DNA from: Dimorphilus gyrociliatus
Taxonomy: Eukaryota > Animalia > Annelida
Direction of reading: 5' to 3'
DNA: 64,000 nucleotides
Assembly: GCA_904063045.1 (NCBI GenBank)
Contig: CAJFCJ010000007.1
Coordinates: forward strand, 864,819-928,818
The position numbers were made by a program, and so were the translations under genes. This document shows, piece by piece, positions 12,095 to 24,294 of the stretch; position 1 is the stretch's first letter, and each line of letters opens with the position of its first letter. Under the pieces are notes generated by a model. The model was not told the DNA's origin. It saw nothing but the letters and a program-made list of their open reading frames with translations, and searched no databases.

Positions 12095-14584
12095 ATGGGC
12101 TTGGAAGAGACGTTACTCTACCTAGGTAGATGGGGAAAGTATCAAATGTTAACCTATTTTATTATTGCCGTTTGCATGAATTATCCAACATCTTGGCAAT
12201 TATATGGAATTGTTTTTGAAGGTATTAAATATATCTCTCTCTCTCTCTCTCGTTTTAAATTATTCTTTTTCTATTTAATTTCAAATTAACCAATGAAAAA
12301 CATGAATAAAAAGTTGAAAAATGGGTTAGAAGCATTGAATAAAAAGAATGCAAAAAAATATAGTTGAATGTTTAAGTTTTATGTCAAATCATAAAGGTAA
12401 AATAAATAACTTTAATATTGACTTAATATCTTATTTTTAAAAATTTCTTTCTCTAAAACTTAGGGTTTTTCATTGTAAGGTAGAGGTATGTGTACGTGTG
12501 TTTGTATATACTTTATCTTTTTCTTTATTATTGATTATAAACTAGTTTAAAGACAGCGAAATAAGTAAATTATTTTTATAATTTAATATTGAATATTACA
12601 TAAGTGTTATTTATTATTTTTAGGACCAAGTGTACCAGTTTCTTACTCTTGTTCTCCAAAACCCGAAATAGGCCTAGCGCAAAAGAACGATACATGTTCG
12701 CAATGGAAATTTGTTGAAAAAGTTTGTAGTTATATATTTTTCCACTAGTTTTTTTAATATAGTGTTTCAATAGTTAAAATGACAAGATATTTTATGTTAA
12801 CTTAACATTACAGTCTAATGTTTACTTTTACTTTTTACCCTGTACAAGTATAAAATTATAAACAACTGTCAGCGCCATCATGCTCCTCAGTAATATGAAA
12901 TTACTTAATAGATTGAGACAAACAAGGCTGTACCCAGTTCGAAATTACAACAAGTTGTTGGAAATTTCACTTATTACTATGAAGGGAGCGAGCCATGTTC
13001 AAAATTCGAATATGATCCTTCGCAGCTTGGTTATGAATTTGAAAAAAGTGATGGGACAATTCAACAACAATGGGATCTTGTCTGCGATAAAGGTACTTGG
13101 GTAACCTGGTCTCAAGTGGTTTTTACTGTAGGAGCTTTAGTCGGTGCTACAATATGTCCACCGTTTGCAGATTATTTTGGTAGGAGAAAGACTTTTTTCT
13201 TATGCCAACTGTTAATGTGTGTATTTGGTATTGGTATGGCTTTCAGCCCAACGTTTGCATCGTTTTGCGTTTTTCAATTTCTAACTGGAGGATTTGCGAT
13301 GGGAAATGATCTATGCGGATTTGTTATAGCTTGTGAACTTTTTCCTAAAGACATGAGATCAGTACTTTCTCCCCTCATCTATTTTTTTTTCTCAACTGGC
13401 TCTGCAATTCTTACTGGATGGACTATAGCCTTTCCCAAATGGAGTCATCTACAGCTTGCTATTTCTCTAGTTCCTTTGCTAACTTTATTATACTATCCAT
13501 TTTGTCCAGAAAGTTGGCGATGGCTCATGGCAAAAGGTTAACTTATAATTTACATCTGTTTTGTTGTTAATGTTTTGCTGTTAACTTTACTCAGGTCGAA
13601 ACAACGAAGCAGAGTTTTATTTAAACAGAGCTGCAAAGTTTAATGGCTTAAAACCAGTAGATAGGGCTATTCTTTTTGACAACTTATCGGAAAATAATAA
13701 AGATGTTCCAGTAAAAAGTGAAGGAATTATAGACTTCTTCAAAAAGCCTATGTTGGTCTTATACATGGCCGCTATGGCTTTTATTATGAGCGCTTCGAAT
13801 CTTGTCTATTTTGGCTTGAATCTTATGAGTGGTGCGTTAGCTGGAGATCCTTATATTAATTTTTTAGCTCTTTCTTTGGTCGAGATTTTTGGAGTTTTTA
13901 TAGCAGTGGCAGTTGTGGGTTATTTTGGCAGAAGGATTCCAATTATGTGTTTCTTTTTTTGGGGAGCCATTTTTCTCTTTCTTTCTGCTATCTTCTCAAA
14001 AGTTGAGGGTCTAAAAGACAATTTGGGAGAAGATAAACTTGGAAAATTTATAACTAGCTTTACGATAGTTGGTAAAATTGGAATAACGGCTTCCTACTGT
14101 ATAATATTGGTTTATATTCAAGAAATCTTTCCCACTTATATGAGAGCGTTTGGTATTGGTATAACAGCTGGACTTGGTAATATTGGAACTGTTTTGGCTC
14201 CTATTTCTCTCTTAGCCGTAAGTTAAATAATATTAGTATATAAATTAAATAAACCGAATCATGCATATTTATTAGTCTGAGCTGGAACCGACAAAGTATT
14301 GGATACCAACAACTATTTTTGGTATTGTTGCACTACTTGGAGGTCTCGTTACTCTTATTATTCCAGAAACAGTTGGTAGGGAATTACCAGCAACTACTGA
14401 AGATGTTCTTAACATGTCTCACACTCTATCCCCAGAAGAATGGAAAGCGGCGAGACATCAAGCCAAGTTAATTTTCACCTTTTCGGCAAAATCAACCGAC
14501 TCACCCGACCAAGGAGTTGAAAACATCGCTTTTGAAGGAGACGAATCACGCTCTCCAAATATAAACTCATCGAATAAACTCTAA
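12095..14584 (+). CDS. SLC22-family MFS transporter, copy B (tandem paralog)
   Basis: Exons 12095..12221, 12624..12721, 12912..13536, 13595..14217, 14276..14584. Same motifs (LGRWGKYQ, TIQQQWDLVCD, ADYFGRR, PESWRWL, QEIFPTYMR, IIPETVG) and shared intron positions with copy A. Confidence 0.92.
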
Positions 14585-14924
14585 AAATCATAATAATCCT
14601 TTTACTTATTAAGTTAACCATTCTTAATCAGAGTAGAATAAATAAAACAGTATGAAACCGATTCGTTCTTTACTCAATAGGAAACAATACAAAAAACAAT
14701 GAAAAAAAAGTTTAATCTTTAAAAGTACTACTTACGTAATTAATACTTTTTATCTATACAAATAGCAACTTATCTTTGGACAGAGAAGGTAAAAAATTTC
14801 ACTATAAGAATCACTGTCTAGCACCAACCCAATAAATTATTAGAAAAATTACTACATTTATAGATTCAGTCTTAACAATCGATAGAAGATAAATTGAGGG
14901 GAAGAATAATTTAATTATAGTTTA

Positions 14925-16739
14925 TTAAGTTTTTACTGTAGACTCTTGAATGCTGATTGGCTTAAGAGCTTTAGGTTTGAACTTTGAATAAGGAGATAGT
15001 GGAACTCCAACAAAGATTATGTGGTTTTTTTTCAAGAATATTCTTATTGCTCCTCGATGGACGCCTCTTAAGTCTATATCCCAAAGGTGAAAGCATTTAG
15101 CTAACGTTTTCCATGAACTCCACTCCTTTTTTGTCAACCATTCAAAATAGACGACATAAGTTTGCCGAGTTGTATTCGGGATGTAGTCCTCGCTACATGT
15201 AAAAGGCTTATCTAATACTGTTGCGTATTGAATAAGATTTTCCATTGTTTGTTCGTATTCAGCTTTTTTTAGACTATTTACCTCATGCAGACGAACATTT
15301 GTATGTTTATTTAAAGCGTGATTTTCGAAATATCTCTTCTGAAAGTAACTATTCATATTTAATCCTTTGGAACCAAAATGATACGTTCTGGAAACATCCG
15401 GTATAATGCATTCTCTTCCTTTACGAATTCTCTCAGTCCTCATCCACATATCCCAATCCCATTTCTGCTCTGCAGAGGGCCAACTTGGCTCAAGCTCTTG
15501 CTTATATAAATTTCTTGATAGTAGCCATCCTAAACCAGGCATTGTCTCAACTCTATATAGCAGTGACGGATCTTGGCAAGAATGTTCATAACCTTGATCA
15601 TTCCACGCCGAAATACAATAAATATCCTCGTCTTTAAGAAGGTGAATTGTTTGGCTAAAGTAAGAAAAAAAATCTTGAGCAACTAGGAGATCTTCCTCTA
15701 ATATTAGAGCAAACTGAGCAGACGGAAATAAATTGAAAGTTGCTGTAAGACTGGCTTTATAATGCTGATGAATTCTGGCATTCTTCTGACCAATAGGGGT
15801 ATGTTGTATACCTTGAACGTCAAAAAGCTGACACACCTCCAACGGAGCTTGAAAATATCCATCAATAAAAACTATTACATTCTTTTTTCTAACTCCTTTA
15901 GTGGATAAAAGTCTCCTTAATGTTCGATAAAGATAATAAGGTCGATTACTAGCAATTAATACAACTGGAACATTTTGCAGGTTATCTTCCTCCAATTCCT
16001 CAGGATCGAAAGAAATAGATACAGGTTTATTACAATTACACACTTCAGAATAACCCTCAAGTTTGTCGCAGAAATTTTTTCGACGATCTGCGTCATTGCC
16101 ACTCCAATGGCATACTTCTCTTGTCTCCTCAAGAATCATTTGGGCATTTAGGAAAAGCGGTTCACCCCATGATGACAATTGTGGAGACGCATTCATACCT
16201 TCTCCAATTACGTTTCGATTTTTAGCGGCAACTAAACTCCACATATCTCTCCAACGCAGATTCGGTGCGTGTATAGAACCCAACGATTTTATATATGCTC
16301 GAGTTTCATTACCGAGTGAAAAGGATCCTTCATCTTTGATAGCTAAAATAATAATACGACCGTTCGATATGTCTCTTAAAAATTCTAGTAGAAAAACATC
16401 TTCGCCACGAACGTAAGTATCAAAATTTCTATAAGCCATTACTGAAGCTGTCACTTCATTTAGAACAACAACGTGTATTCCTCTTCCAGTTTTTTCATTC
16501 GAATCATCTAGAACAGTTGTTCCTCCGACTGTAACACTTACTTTTGAATGACTTGATAAAATTTCTATAGCAACATTCCTTACTCTTATTGGAGATCTTT
16601 TAAATGTATCAATCTTAGATTTATTCATATTTTGAAATATTTGCCAGAAGAATGTTACATTGACAATAACTGTTAAAATTATAAAGATGAAAAAACACGC
16701 TTGAAGGCATTTTGAAGCGGGTAACTGACGTCTTGGCAT
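14925..16739 (-). CDS. POMGNT1: Protein O-linked-mannose beta-1,2-N-acetylglucosaminyltransferase 1, single coding exon, 604 aa
   Basis: Type II TM anchor; ILEI/PANDER-like stem (GRGIHVVVLN, IKDEGSF, WRDMW); GT13 catalytic domain (IASNRPYYLYRTL, LEEDL, CISAWNDQGY, ETMPGLGW, WDWDMWMR, IIPDVSRTYHFG). Confidence 0.95.
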   Translation of the reverse strand: MPRRQLPASKCLQACFFIFIILTVIVNVTFFWQIFQNMNKSKIDTFKRSPIRVRNVAIEILSSHSKVSVTVGGTTVLDDSNEKTGRGIHVVVLNEVTASVMAYRNFDTYVRGEDVFLLEFLRDISNGRIIILAIKDEGSFSLGNETRAYIKSLGSIHAPNLRWRDMWSLVAAKNRNVIGEGMNASPQLSSWGEPLFLNAQMILEETREVCHWSGNDADRRKNFCDKLEGYSEVCNCNKPVSISFDPEELEEDNLQNVPVVLIASNRPYYLYRTLRRLLSTKGVRKKNVIVFIDGYFQAPLEVCQLFDVQGIQHTPIGQKNARIHQHYKASLTATFNLFPSAQFALILEEDLLVAQDFFSYFSQTIHLLKDEDIYCISAWNDQGYEHSCQDPSLLYRVETMPGLGWLLSRNLYKQELEPSWPSAEQKWDWDMWMRTERIRKGRECIIPDVSRTYHFGSKGLNMNSYFQKRYFENHALNKHTNVRLHEVNSLKKAEYEQTMENLIQYATVLDKPFTCSEDYIPNTTRQTYVVYFEWLTKKEWSSWKTLAKCFHLWDIDLRGVHRGAIRIFLKKNHIIFVGVPLSPYSKFKPKALKPISIQESTVKT

Positions 16740-17353
16740 TTTGCATAATTTCTACTGGGTAGATGATTATAACCAAATTTCTGGATACTTCATACTAATA
16801 GAGTAATTTAAAAAACGCTCGCCGTGGCAAACGATCTATAGGATTAAGTGATACCGTAACAGGAAGTTGGAAATCGACGGTGGTGCCTTTCATGAATATG
16901 CCTGCGATAAAGTATAACCAATCAGCAACTTTGGTAACCGAAGCGAAACATCGAGTTATTTAATAGATAAGGAGTTAATTCATTCCACATGTGATAAGGA
17001 ATGTGTCTAGTAATACTAAAGATTGTATACTATAATCCCAAAACTCCAGTTTATCCATGATTATAACCAATTTCTTTAGTTTTATAACACATGAATATAC
17101 TTGAATTGAATTCTGCAAGGGACATTGTACTCAATTGAGAATATTAGAATGATTTTTAGTTCGCAAAAAAACTGGTAGAGTGTATAAATATTTTGCATGA
17201 TCATTTATTATTTTCACACAAAAATCACCATACATATTATTTGATTTGGAGCGTTTGGCTGAATAAGAAAAAAATTACTTTTAAACTAAAACTATCTTCC
17301 ACTAAATTTTTCAACTTTATCAATATTTTAAAAATAGAAATCATAAATCTGCA
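16740..17353. promoter_or_regulatory. Bidirectional promoter region between POMGNT1 and TRAPPC12
   Basis: 614 bp between divergent ATGs. A locally GC-richer segment contains an ETS site (ACAGGAAGT, ~16859), a CCAAT box (AACCAATCAG, ~16916), GATA sites (GATAAGG twice) and a CACATGTG E-box. Confidence 0.5.
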
Positions 17354-19213
17354 ATGGATGTTAGTATAGATTTAGGTAGTACAGCTGCAATAGATAAACT
17401 AGGCACAGACACAAATCAATCAAACGATGATCAGACAACTAGTGAGAATATTAGCTCAAGTACAATAGAAGGTATGTGTGAATAAATTTTACAGAGGTGA
17501 TTAGAAATTCTGAATAATTTTGCTATCTGTCCTGATTATAGAAGAATCGCCAATTAACCAAAATGCACTCAGCAAATATTTTGGAAAGCCAGAAGTTGAC
17601 CAAAAAGATGATTTTTTTGATTCATTTCCTGTTCAAGGTCCCGAGGACGAACATACTCATACTAGGCACCGCACTATTTCAACTTCTCATGAAGAGAAAG
17701 TTTGCTTTGAGTACGAAGACAGGCCAGCAAGCAATCCTCCACTAGAAGTAGATCAATTAAAAGATTTTGAATCGTTCGAAGGAAACGAAGCAGAGAGTGA
17801 TCCAATATCTGAAAACCATTTAATTCAAAGTCATCCACTAAGTGAATCTGTTTCGTCTCACGATACTCTTCCTCATATTGAAGATATAAAGTTCGATATG
17901 GGTATTTATCTACAATAACGTTTATATTATTTCGTTCACTTTTTTTTTGCTTTGATATAGGTTTCAACGACGGTATGTATGAAGCATGGATTTTTAACGA
18001 GTCGACTCAAAAAGTACTAGCCTCCATAATGGCCGATCCTAATTATGTTGTAAACGAGCAGGATTTGACTAAACCGTGTGTTCTGATAGAAGAAACTATA
18101 ACAGATCCTATAACTGATCTAATGCAAAAATATAACAAGACTGATAGAGCACCTACACTCTCTTTAAACGATGTACAACCCGATCTCGCTGGATTAAAGA
18201 AATTATTAGCTGGTCAAGCTTATAGATCAGCATTTAATCTCACAACCCACTTATTGACAGCTGTTGGTCAAGGCTCTGATGGTTGGAAAAGCTCAGAGAC
18301 TCGCCATACGCCATATACCATACAACTGTGGTATACAAGGATTGCGTTACTAGTAAAACTTCGCCTGTATAGTTTGGCGGAAACGGAATGTCATCAATTT
18401 GCTTTTTTCGAAAAACCTGATCTATGCTATGAATTTTATTGCAATGATCCAGATACAAACGGAAGGGGTTCTATGGTGCCATTTTCAATGAGAATACTAA
18501 GTGCTCAACTACCTCAGTACTTAGGGAAAGTTGATGAAGGTTTGGAGAGACTTTCGAGTATATTAAAAGTAGTAAGAAAGATATCTTCTAATTTGCTCAA
18601 TGGCCTCGCCGAAGATGGAAGTGGTCTTCAACTGACTGAAGAAAGAAGAAATGCATCAATTCAGCTATGGAATCGACGTGAAGTATCAGTTTTGCACGCC
18701 ATGGCCAACGCTCTACTATCCTGTAAAGATTATCCTGCTGCCCTGTCAGTCTATCGAGAAATCTTAGATTTAGATAGGAATAATGAAGACAGTATTTTCT
18801 CCTGTATGGGTCGTGTTTATATAATGGCTGGAGATATTAAACGAGCAGAAGAATACTTTAAGAAAAGTTCAGTCGATACGTATATAAATCAAGGTTTGCT
18901 ATCAATAGGTAAAAGCGACTTTAATATGGCATCGAATTGGTTTAGTAAAGCAGGAAGATCGGAATACGTTGCAGCAAATAATCTTGCGGTCTGCCAATTA
19001 TATAACGGTAAATTATGTTCAGCCTTAGAATTATTACAAACTCTAGTTGATGAAGATCCTATTCAATGCCTTCACGAAGGCATTTTATTCAATTTATGCA
19101 CTCTTTATGAACTCGAAAGCTCTCTACCATGGAGTAAGAAGAGTAGATTATTGAGTATCGTTAATGAACATAAGACTGATGGTTTTATGACTGCGTCATT
19201 GAAATTACCTTAA
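17354..19213 (+). CDS. TRAPPC12: Trafficking protein particle complex subunit 12 (TPR protein)
   Basis: Exons 17354..17471, 17542..17901, 17961..19213. Acidic disordered N-terminus, then QLWYTRIALLVKL, GSMVPFSMRIL.AQLPQYLG, AANNLAVCQLY, LFNLCTLYELES, matching recalled TRAPPC12. Confidence 0.92.
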
Positions 19214-19251
19214 AAGTTTTTGGAAATTATAATAAAATTCATTTCTGTTTC

Positions 19252-20793
19252 TTAATATTTTATTATCTTATCTTTTACATTATCATCATTCTCAAATTTT
19301 GCTAAAAATGAATCAATATCGACAATAACAGACGATTGTTTAAACTTTTTATCAAAATATGGCGTCCGTTGAATATCCGTATGCTTGGATGCGCTATTAT
19401 CCTTTAATTTATCGTCAGTTTTATAATTTAACAATTTACTTGTTAAATGTAGATGAGACGCTGAAGAAGATGAATGGTTTTTAGAGGATTTTCTATAGTT
19501 ATTCATTCTATTATTAAAGCTTGAATCTATACTACTAAGCTTAAGATTATTCTGTTTTGGTACCTTAAAAATAAATTGATGTATTTATTTTAACCTACAT
19601 CGTACTTTACATTAACTTTGTAATCTTTCCAAAATACTTACGGTATTATGATTGTTTGAATCGAATTTATTTTTAGAATTTACGGAAGTCGAAACTTGCT
19701 TTTGAACGTTTATTGATTTTGAACTGCCATTTGGATTTGATATAATTGGCTGTTGAGTTTCATTAAAGTCTTTAACAAATTTTAAAATACTAGGCTTATC
19801 AGAGAATCTGACAACTGATGTTGTTCTAGATAATGAATTTTTGAGTTGATGATCTTTTTTTAATATTGAAACTTTAGTGTCAACTAGAATTGGTCTTGTA
19901 TCATCAAATTCACTCTCTGGTATTGATACTCTCGACTTATCGTTCTTTTTGTTCAAATCATATTGAACTGATCTTCTTTGTTTATTTGTTGTGTGAATAT
20001 CATTTGAATAACGTTTACCCCACTTTCCCATTAATTCTATTAAACTAGGATCGAGAGGTAGGCTTTTTTCTTTCAAATGTGTGTTAAGCTCCATAGCTTT
20101 TGGTAATGAGTTATGCCTCTCTGATGATTTTCGGGTCACATTGGAGTGATATGGATACAAATCTGATTTTACAGCCGAAATAGCTAAAGGTTTAGCTATA
20201 ACTTTCAGTTCGTTAGACGTAGACTCGGGAGCATTTGAATTAGCGATACTTCGTTTCTTCAACGGCGTATGACTCTTCTTTATTTTCTTATAAGATTGCT
20301 CTTTTTTCGACGAATTTGACTCTTTAAATGAATAGCCTGAGGTACACTGAGATGAACTCTGATTTATCCAACTTTCTGTTGTTTTATTATTCTTGCCAAT
20401 TGGTTTTCTAACAATAAATATGACAATTAGAATGAAAATTACAACTGCGAAGAATGTATACGGAGTAGCTGTAGAACCAAGACTATTTAACCTAATTGGA
20501 TCGCAACATAATGATCGCCCTTTTTCGATACAACACTCTTTGCTACTAGTACAATTATAAGAAAAATGATAACTATCATTTGAATTTGAAAGAGAAGACT
20601 TTTTCCTAACAAACAACTTATCAATCCAACCTAACTTTGTTATATTATTTTTTGATTCAAAGGCGCAATTTGTAGGCGTATTATATTTAACACAAGTCAA
20701 AAATTGCTCATCCCGATCAATACTGTAAAAGCAGATTTTATCGGATTTAATCCATTCGAAGAGAAAGACTGTTAATACAGTTTTTGTTGACAT
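19252..20793 (-). CDS. Single-pass membrane protein with Cys-rich ectodomain (Shisa-like/WBP1-VOPP1-like) and long basic disordered tail
   Basis: Exons 20793..19642 and 19563..19252, joined at a perfect GTAAGT donor (19641) and AAG acceptor, phase 0. Weak N-terminal signal, 8 extracellular Cys including C-x5-CC-x7-CC, TM segment FFAVVIFILIVIFIV followed by RK. Confidence 0.65.
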
Positions 20794-21036
20794 TCATTTA
20801 ATTTACGAATATCTTTAAGAATTCATTTAAAATTCAAATTTTTATTAAGTTTTATTTCAATTTTCATTAAAATTATATCCAATTTTCATAAATGATGATA
20901 AATTCAATATTAGTTTGTATATTCTTTAATTTAAATATTACTTGACAAATTAAAACACATATTTCTAGTCAAAGATTCCATTTTTTTAGCAGTAAACATG
21001 ATTTGATTTTTCACATTTTTATTTAAATATTTAATT

Positions 21037-21411
21037 TTAATCGTTTTGAAGATTATATCTTCTTCTGATATCTGCAACATTAACACCTTGTTTTTCTATA
21101 GTTAGTAGTTGAGATTTTAAAGCATCATTTTCTTGTTGTATTTCGAAACTTTTCCACCTCATTACTCTAATATCGTTTCTTTTCTGATTAATTTGATTTT
21201 TTTTTACTCTAGCTCTTCCTTGAAGAAGACAAAGCTTTCCTCCTAGTTCATTTAATTCTTCTTTAGCAGTCCTATTCTTGAGATCTAATTGTTCGTACCC
21301 AACTTTTATACCTTCCATCTCTTTTCTTAGGTTTAGAGCCTCTTGCTCTACTTGATGTCTTAAGTCAAATAAGATATTGTTTGACTCGTTTGAGTGGTAC
21401 ATATTTGTCAT
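21037..21411 (-). CDS. Small coiled-coil protein, 124 aa, uncharacterised
   Basis: ATG-initiated intronless ORF with heptad-like E/K/L/Q composition, divergent from RTF2 across a 155 bp gap containing CCGGTTCCGG (ETS-like). Confidence 0.6.
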   Translation of the reverse strand: MTNMYHSNESNNILFDLRHQVEQEALNLRKEMEGIKVGYEQLDLKNRTAKEELNELGGKLCLLQGRARVKKNQINQKRNDIRVMRWKSFEIQQENDALKSQLLTIEKQGVNVADIRRRYNLQND

Positions 21412-21566
21412 TTATTGTTGATGGAAAATCTGTACTCTAATGTTTAAATGTTTAATGTCATCAAATCTAGATTTCGAATTCTCTTCGAACAAAAATATTC
21501 CGTATCCGGTTCCGGTCTTTATAATTCGACTAAACGTAGATTGTAAATCACCTACAAACATTTGTA

Positions 21567-22846
21567 ATGGGAAATGATGGTGGGTCAATACCCCATCGCT
21601 CGGAATTAGTGAAGACTAAACAAAAAGGAGAGCAGGTGATTATATTTAAAAGTCTTCGCGTTAAACCAATTTTCTTTAAAACTATCGATGTTTCGTGTAA
21701 TTCTTTTTTTTCGTAATTATTAATGTTTTAATAAGAACATAAATCCTCACATCATATATCAAAGTTTAAAAACCATTCGGATTATGCTTTAGAATATTTA
21801 AACATTGGTTATTTTTTCGAATTAATTTAAATTAGATTCAAGCTTCTACTATATTTCATTGTCTAAATTATAATATACGTTATACAGAAAGACAAAGCTT
21901 GCGCTAAAGCAGCTTTATGGAATAACTGCTCCCTATCAGAACAATTACTACAGGAACCTATCGTGTCTGATCAGCTTGGAAAATTATTCAATAAGGAATC
22001 AATTTTGGAATTTCTCCTCGATAAAGAAAAGTATGCGTCCACTAATGTTGGACATATAAAAAATATGAAGGATGTTGTTCAATTGAAATTTAGAAAGAAC
22101 CCAGAACTTGAAGACCATCCAACAGCACCCAAATTTATTTGTCCTATGAGTGGTATAGAAATGGATGGAACATTTAGGTAGGAAATATGATATATTTCAA
22201 AGCAAATTGTATATAATTCTTTCTATCTCGTAGATTTGTATATCTTCTAAACTGCGGTTGTGTTTTTGCTGAGAAAGCTATTAAACAATTAAATAAGTTT
22301 GAAGCATGTGTTGAGGTTTGTTCAGCTTTCAATTTACTATTCAAATTTTCAATATCTTAATGAAATTTTAGTGCGGCAAGTCAGCTACTCCTGCGGATAC
22401 AATAGTACTCAATTGTTCCGGTGAAGAGTTGGAAAAACATAGAGAAAAAATGGAGGAAAGAAAGAAAAATAAGGTAATTTGATTCAAATCTTATTTATGA
22501 TAAAAAACAATCATAAATTATTATATATTAGAAAAAGAAGAAGCACAAGATTGAGGAAACAGTAACTTCTAAAGTGGAAACTAAAAAACCTAAAGTCGCT
22601 GAGAAAGTGATAGAAAAGCAGGTAAGCTACATGTTTTATAAACATAATATAATTGTTTTTAATTTATTCTAAATTTTCCTATTCTGTTTCTCATAGAAAC
22701 CTGAGAAGTCGGGTAGCAAACTGAAAAAATCTATACAAGAAGATCCAGAAGCATCATCGGCTTACAAATCCCTCTTTAACACGTGCGAAGCCGCTAAGAA
22801 ACAAAAAAAGGCTCATTGGGTTACCCATAATCCAATGTACTATTAA
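21567..22846 (+). CDS. RTF2: Replication termination factor 2
   Basis: Exons 21567..21635, 21888..22177, 22234..22315, 22372..22473, 22532..22621, 22697..22846. MGNDGGSIPHRSELVK, WNNCSLSEQLLQEPIV, FICPMSG, CGCVF, YKSLF, HWVTHNP match Rtf2. Confidence 0.93.
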
Positions 22847-23024
22847 AATCGCGTCGAACGTAATATTTTAGTAAATGTACAGTAACTTTTTTTAATTAAC
22901 GTTCATGATAAAAATTCATTTAAATGTTTTAATTTGAAGTAATATACAGCATCTTTAATAAATTGTTATTAAAGTACAATAAAAGTTAACGTTTTCTATT
23001 GTTCAAGAAGATATCCATAGTTAA

Positions 23025-23782
23025 TCACCTTCTTTCTCCGAGTCCAATATTGCTGGTTGTTGCTTCTAAAGAAGCAAGAGGGCCTTGCGCTTTTCCCGGA
23101 GATGGATTAGGATGTTGAGGCATACCCGGCTAGATTAGAAGAGACGATTTAAGTAAAATATATAGGACTATGCTGAAATTACCCCACGGCTTACTTGAAC
23201 ATTAGGGATTTGATTCCCTCTATTTGATAGAGAATTACTTGAGAGAGTATTAATCCATTTGACAAGGTTCTCATTATGATTCTTGATTAACGTGTCTTTC
23301 CTTTCTAACTCTAGTTTTAATTCATTTATCTCTTCGTTCAAAGTTTCAACTGGTCTATTTTGCATTATTTGAAGCTTCTTCTCAAGAAAATACTTTTCAA
23401 GCTGATGAGTAGCCTCAGTAAACTTTTGAACATTAATTTCTGCGGCTGTAAAATAAAATATCGTAAATTAGTGTTTTGGTTGAAAAGCCTTAGAAAGCTA
23501 TATAATTTAGATCTTTACATACTTGTTTTAACTTCTTCGCTAACAGCATTATTAAAGTGTTCTTGATCCCTTAAAGCTGATGTTAAATTCTGTAAAATAA
23601 TGAACGATAATTGGGCAAATGCGCGTAATTTGATGAAGCAGTGAAGGATCGAGAAAAAAGTCTTTCAAAGTAATCACACAGAAATGAGACACAATAATTT
23701 CAATCTTTCACATTTTTACTAATTTTCTTACCTGAAAAGCAGTTTCAAATTCGTCCATAGCCGATTTCCTTGGGACTGCCAT
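23025..23782 (-). CDS. MED28: Mediator subunit 28
   Basis: Four exons starting at 23782 (MAVPRKSAMDEFETAFQ|NLTSALRDQE...EEVKT|...VQKFTEATHQLEKYFLEKKLQ...EEINELKLELERKDTLIKNH...QGPLASLEATTSNI), matching the MED28 consensus. Confidence 0.9.
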
Positions 23783-24294
23783 GTTAATTTTGTTACCACA
23801 AAACCAGACTACTTGTTTTCTTTCAAAATAAATTTATAATTTATAAAAGCCTTTTTAAAGAATTTGTCTTCCTTTCATAAGTAGATTATTTTATTTAGCT
23901 TTAATAACAAATTGATAATTTAATTAACTCAAAAGATCATTTTTTTCTCATAGAAATTGATAAAAAAAAGTTATAATCCAAGAATAAATATTACAGAGTA
24001 TTTTAAAAAATTTTAATTATGACAACTATAACTAATTCATACTTTTCATGAGAAAATACCTTTGAAAATGTATTTTTGAAAGTTTACTGTTTTGCAAACC
24101 AGTTTTTTGCAGACGACGTTCAAGCATTTCCGCTTTGGAATGCCTTGATATTTAAAGATTTTTAGGATAAATTTTAAAAATTTATTCCTTTAGACAGCTT
24201 AATTTTTAGAAATTTCCTCATAAACTTCAGTAACTTGTTGTGACATATTGTTTTGTTTGACTGATATTGAACCGATTGGTTTAAAACTTGAGAT

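Noticed and set aside
15406-16416. Plus-strand ORFs 15406..15591 and 16063..16416
   Set aside because: Antisense shadows of the POMGNT1 CDS with no independent features. The same applies to the minus-strand ORFs over CCDC62, TRAPPC12, TTC21B and CELSR exons.
16790-17060. Stop-free stretches on both strands upstream of POMGNT1 (e.g. ADWLYFIAGIFMKG..., ARRGKRSIG...)
   Set aside because: No start codon or coherent splice path; the GC enrichment is better explained by ETS/CCAAT promoter elements.
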